A DNA stretch of 63,284 nucleotides, filler included, from Atractiella rhizophila (taxonomy: Eukaryota): assembly GCA_021432655.1 (NCBI GenBank). It is 23 parts of 23 records of this genome, joined end to end, with 100 filler letters (N's around TTAATTAATTAA, not from the genome) between each part and the next. Parts side by side here need not be neighbours in the genome. Positions count along the whole stretch, not along the records: positions 60,716 to 63,284 come from MU272654.1; 22 more parts are not named here. One strand, 5' to 3'. A program made the position numbers and the translations under genes. Positions 61,905-63,284 of the stretch are shown here, one piece after another (within the stretch, counting starts at the first letter, position 1; each line of letters starts with the position of its first letter). The notes below the pieces were generated by a model. It made no database searches, was not told where the DNA came from, and saw only the letters and a program-made list of their open reading frames with translations.

Positions 61905-63284
61905 GGCTGATTGGATGGGTTGTGTGAGGTATAACTTGAAGCAGATATAGCAGGATATAGACAGGATTCGACGGAGATGGCAGAGATAGGGCCAACGAGT
62001 CAAGGAGAGATATAAGAAGGGAGAAAAGAGGTTCGGAGTTTGAGTGGAAGTGCAGATCGGGAGTGCGGGAGGAAGAGCTATTTCACTGGCTATTTGCCCA
62101 AAAAGATGTGGTCGAACAAGATAGAGAGATTGAAAGCACAATATTTAAGTCTGCCAGCCAACTTCCTGCCATACGGCGACAGGTAGGTCCTTGTATCGTC
62201 CACTGCACATAAATTTATCCACAGGAAATAACCTTACTTTTTTGTCACTTCTTGTCGCTGTTCAGCAGAGCCCGTTGGGATCAGGCGTCAATCTAGCAGT
62301 GTAACGCAGTGGTGATCCTGTGGATGCTGGGTTTTGGAGCTGCTGGTGTGCGTTGAAAGGGATCAAAAAAATCCAAGAGCTCTCTCTGGGCCTCGCTCCC
62401 CATCTCGCATTGGAACCAGCGGCGAACAGAGGCAGACATGGATAGTAAGCAAGATACACGATCGAGACGGCCGGAAAGCTGGATTGTGGAGGGGACGTTC
62501 CTCTTCGTTACGCCTTCATTTAGACGCTTGCCTCAATCATTCTAACAATATTAAGGGCTCAAGATAGCCTAGCAAGCTGCTCAAGGCAGTTGAAGTCAGG
62601 TATCGGAATGGCGAACTTCTAGAAGGTTGGATGGAATCCCCAAATACATACAGGCCATCATTCACCTTCTCTTTGCCGATCCAGATGAGTTCAAAAATGA
62701 GAAATGGTTCCAATTTGTCATTCGTGGGTTGAAGAGGGGCAAGTGGGCACTGACACCGCAGAGCGAGGTAGTTTGGCAGAGCGAACACGCCACTCATTGA
62801 AACAACGTCGGATCAGTGAAACTACACGGCCCGTCCATTGAGAATGAGTTCCCTCCAGAAAACACAACGCATTCACATGTGGTAGACGCGTGAAGAAGGT
62901 GGATGACACCCACTGGAAATCAAGTCGTACGAAAACCTAAACTCAACTATTACTTGGCCCTAACTTATGGCAGAGACACCTCATCGGAATATCTGGCCCA
63001 CATTTTCACCTCTTTCTCGTTTCTCGCCCTTAAAGTGTATCTACAACCGTGTGCTTTCTGTAGCCGGGGTGAGCACTTCCATCAGGCGACTTCGTGAGGA
63101 ACAGGGAGGAAGCATATTATGTTTAAGAGAGAGAGATAAACACTTCAGTTCCATCGTGCAACAAGTGTAAGGTGAACCTGACAACGTGCAAAACATGTCG
63201 GTGGTGGTATGTACATCATGCAAGCCAAAGAATGCGACCAACAACTGGAACAAATGCATCCTGACAAGTTATCGTAAAAACCGA

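Noticed and set aside
62200..63284. Short ORFs upstream of the Zn2Cys6 gene
   Set aside because: No motif or coherent splice structure; probably intergenic.

Overview
This window is not a continuous locus. It is 23 unrelated short contigs (about 2.6-2.7 kb each, in decreasing length order) joined by 22 identical artificial 100-nt spacers (N44-TTAATTAATTAA-N44). The DNA is from an intron-rich fungus, very probably a basidiomycete: it has short GT-AG introns, Zn2Cys6 factors, a KDZ transposase, a FunK1 kinase and divergent F-box proteins. Recognisable genes, many truncated at contig ends: Dbf4/Dfp1, dynactin p24/RO10-like, a small cytochrome b5 ending in SKL, a class I glutamine amidotransferase, two Zn2Cys6 transcription factors, eIF5B, a C2+RasGAP, Sdh5, a divergent Rad51, Snu23/ZMAT2, arginase, a YtcJ-like amidohydrolase, myosin II and four F-box-like genes. 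Transposons: KDZ, hAT (one terminus visible) and CACTA/Transposase_21 with a head-to-head partner gene. Two contigs are near-identical copies of one locus, probably haplotypes. The most interesting items are a Zn2Cys6 gene built from microexons as small as 4 nt, a putative PD-(D/E)xK nuclease-kinase fusion with Spok/Crinkler-like architecture, an atypical Rad51, a candidate peroxisomal cytochrome b5 and a 776-nt intron in Snu23. I could not establish a wholly new multi-gene system; contig fragmentation prevents neighbourhood inference beyond about 2.7 kb. Exon models were read by eye and no database search was run.
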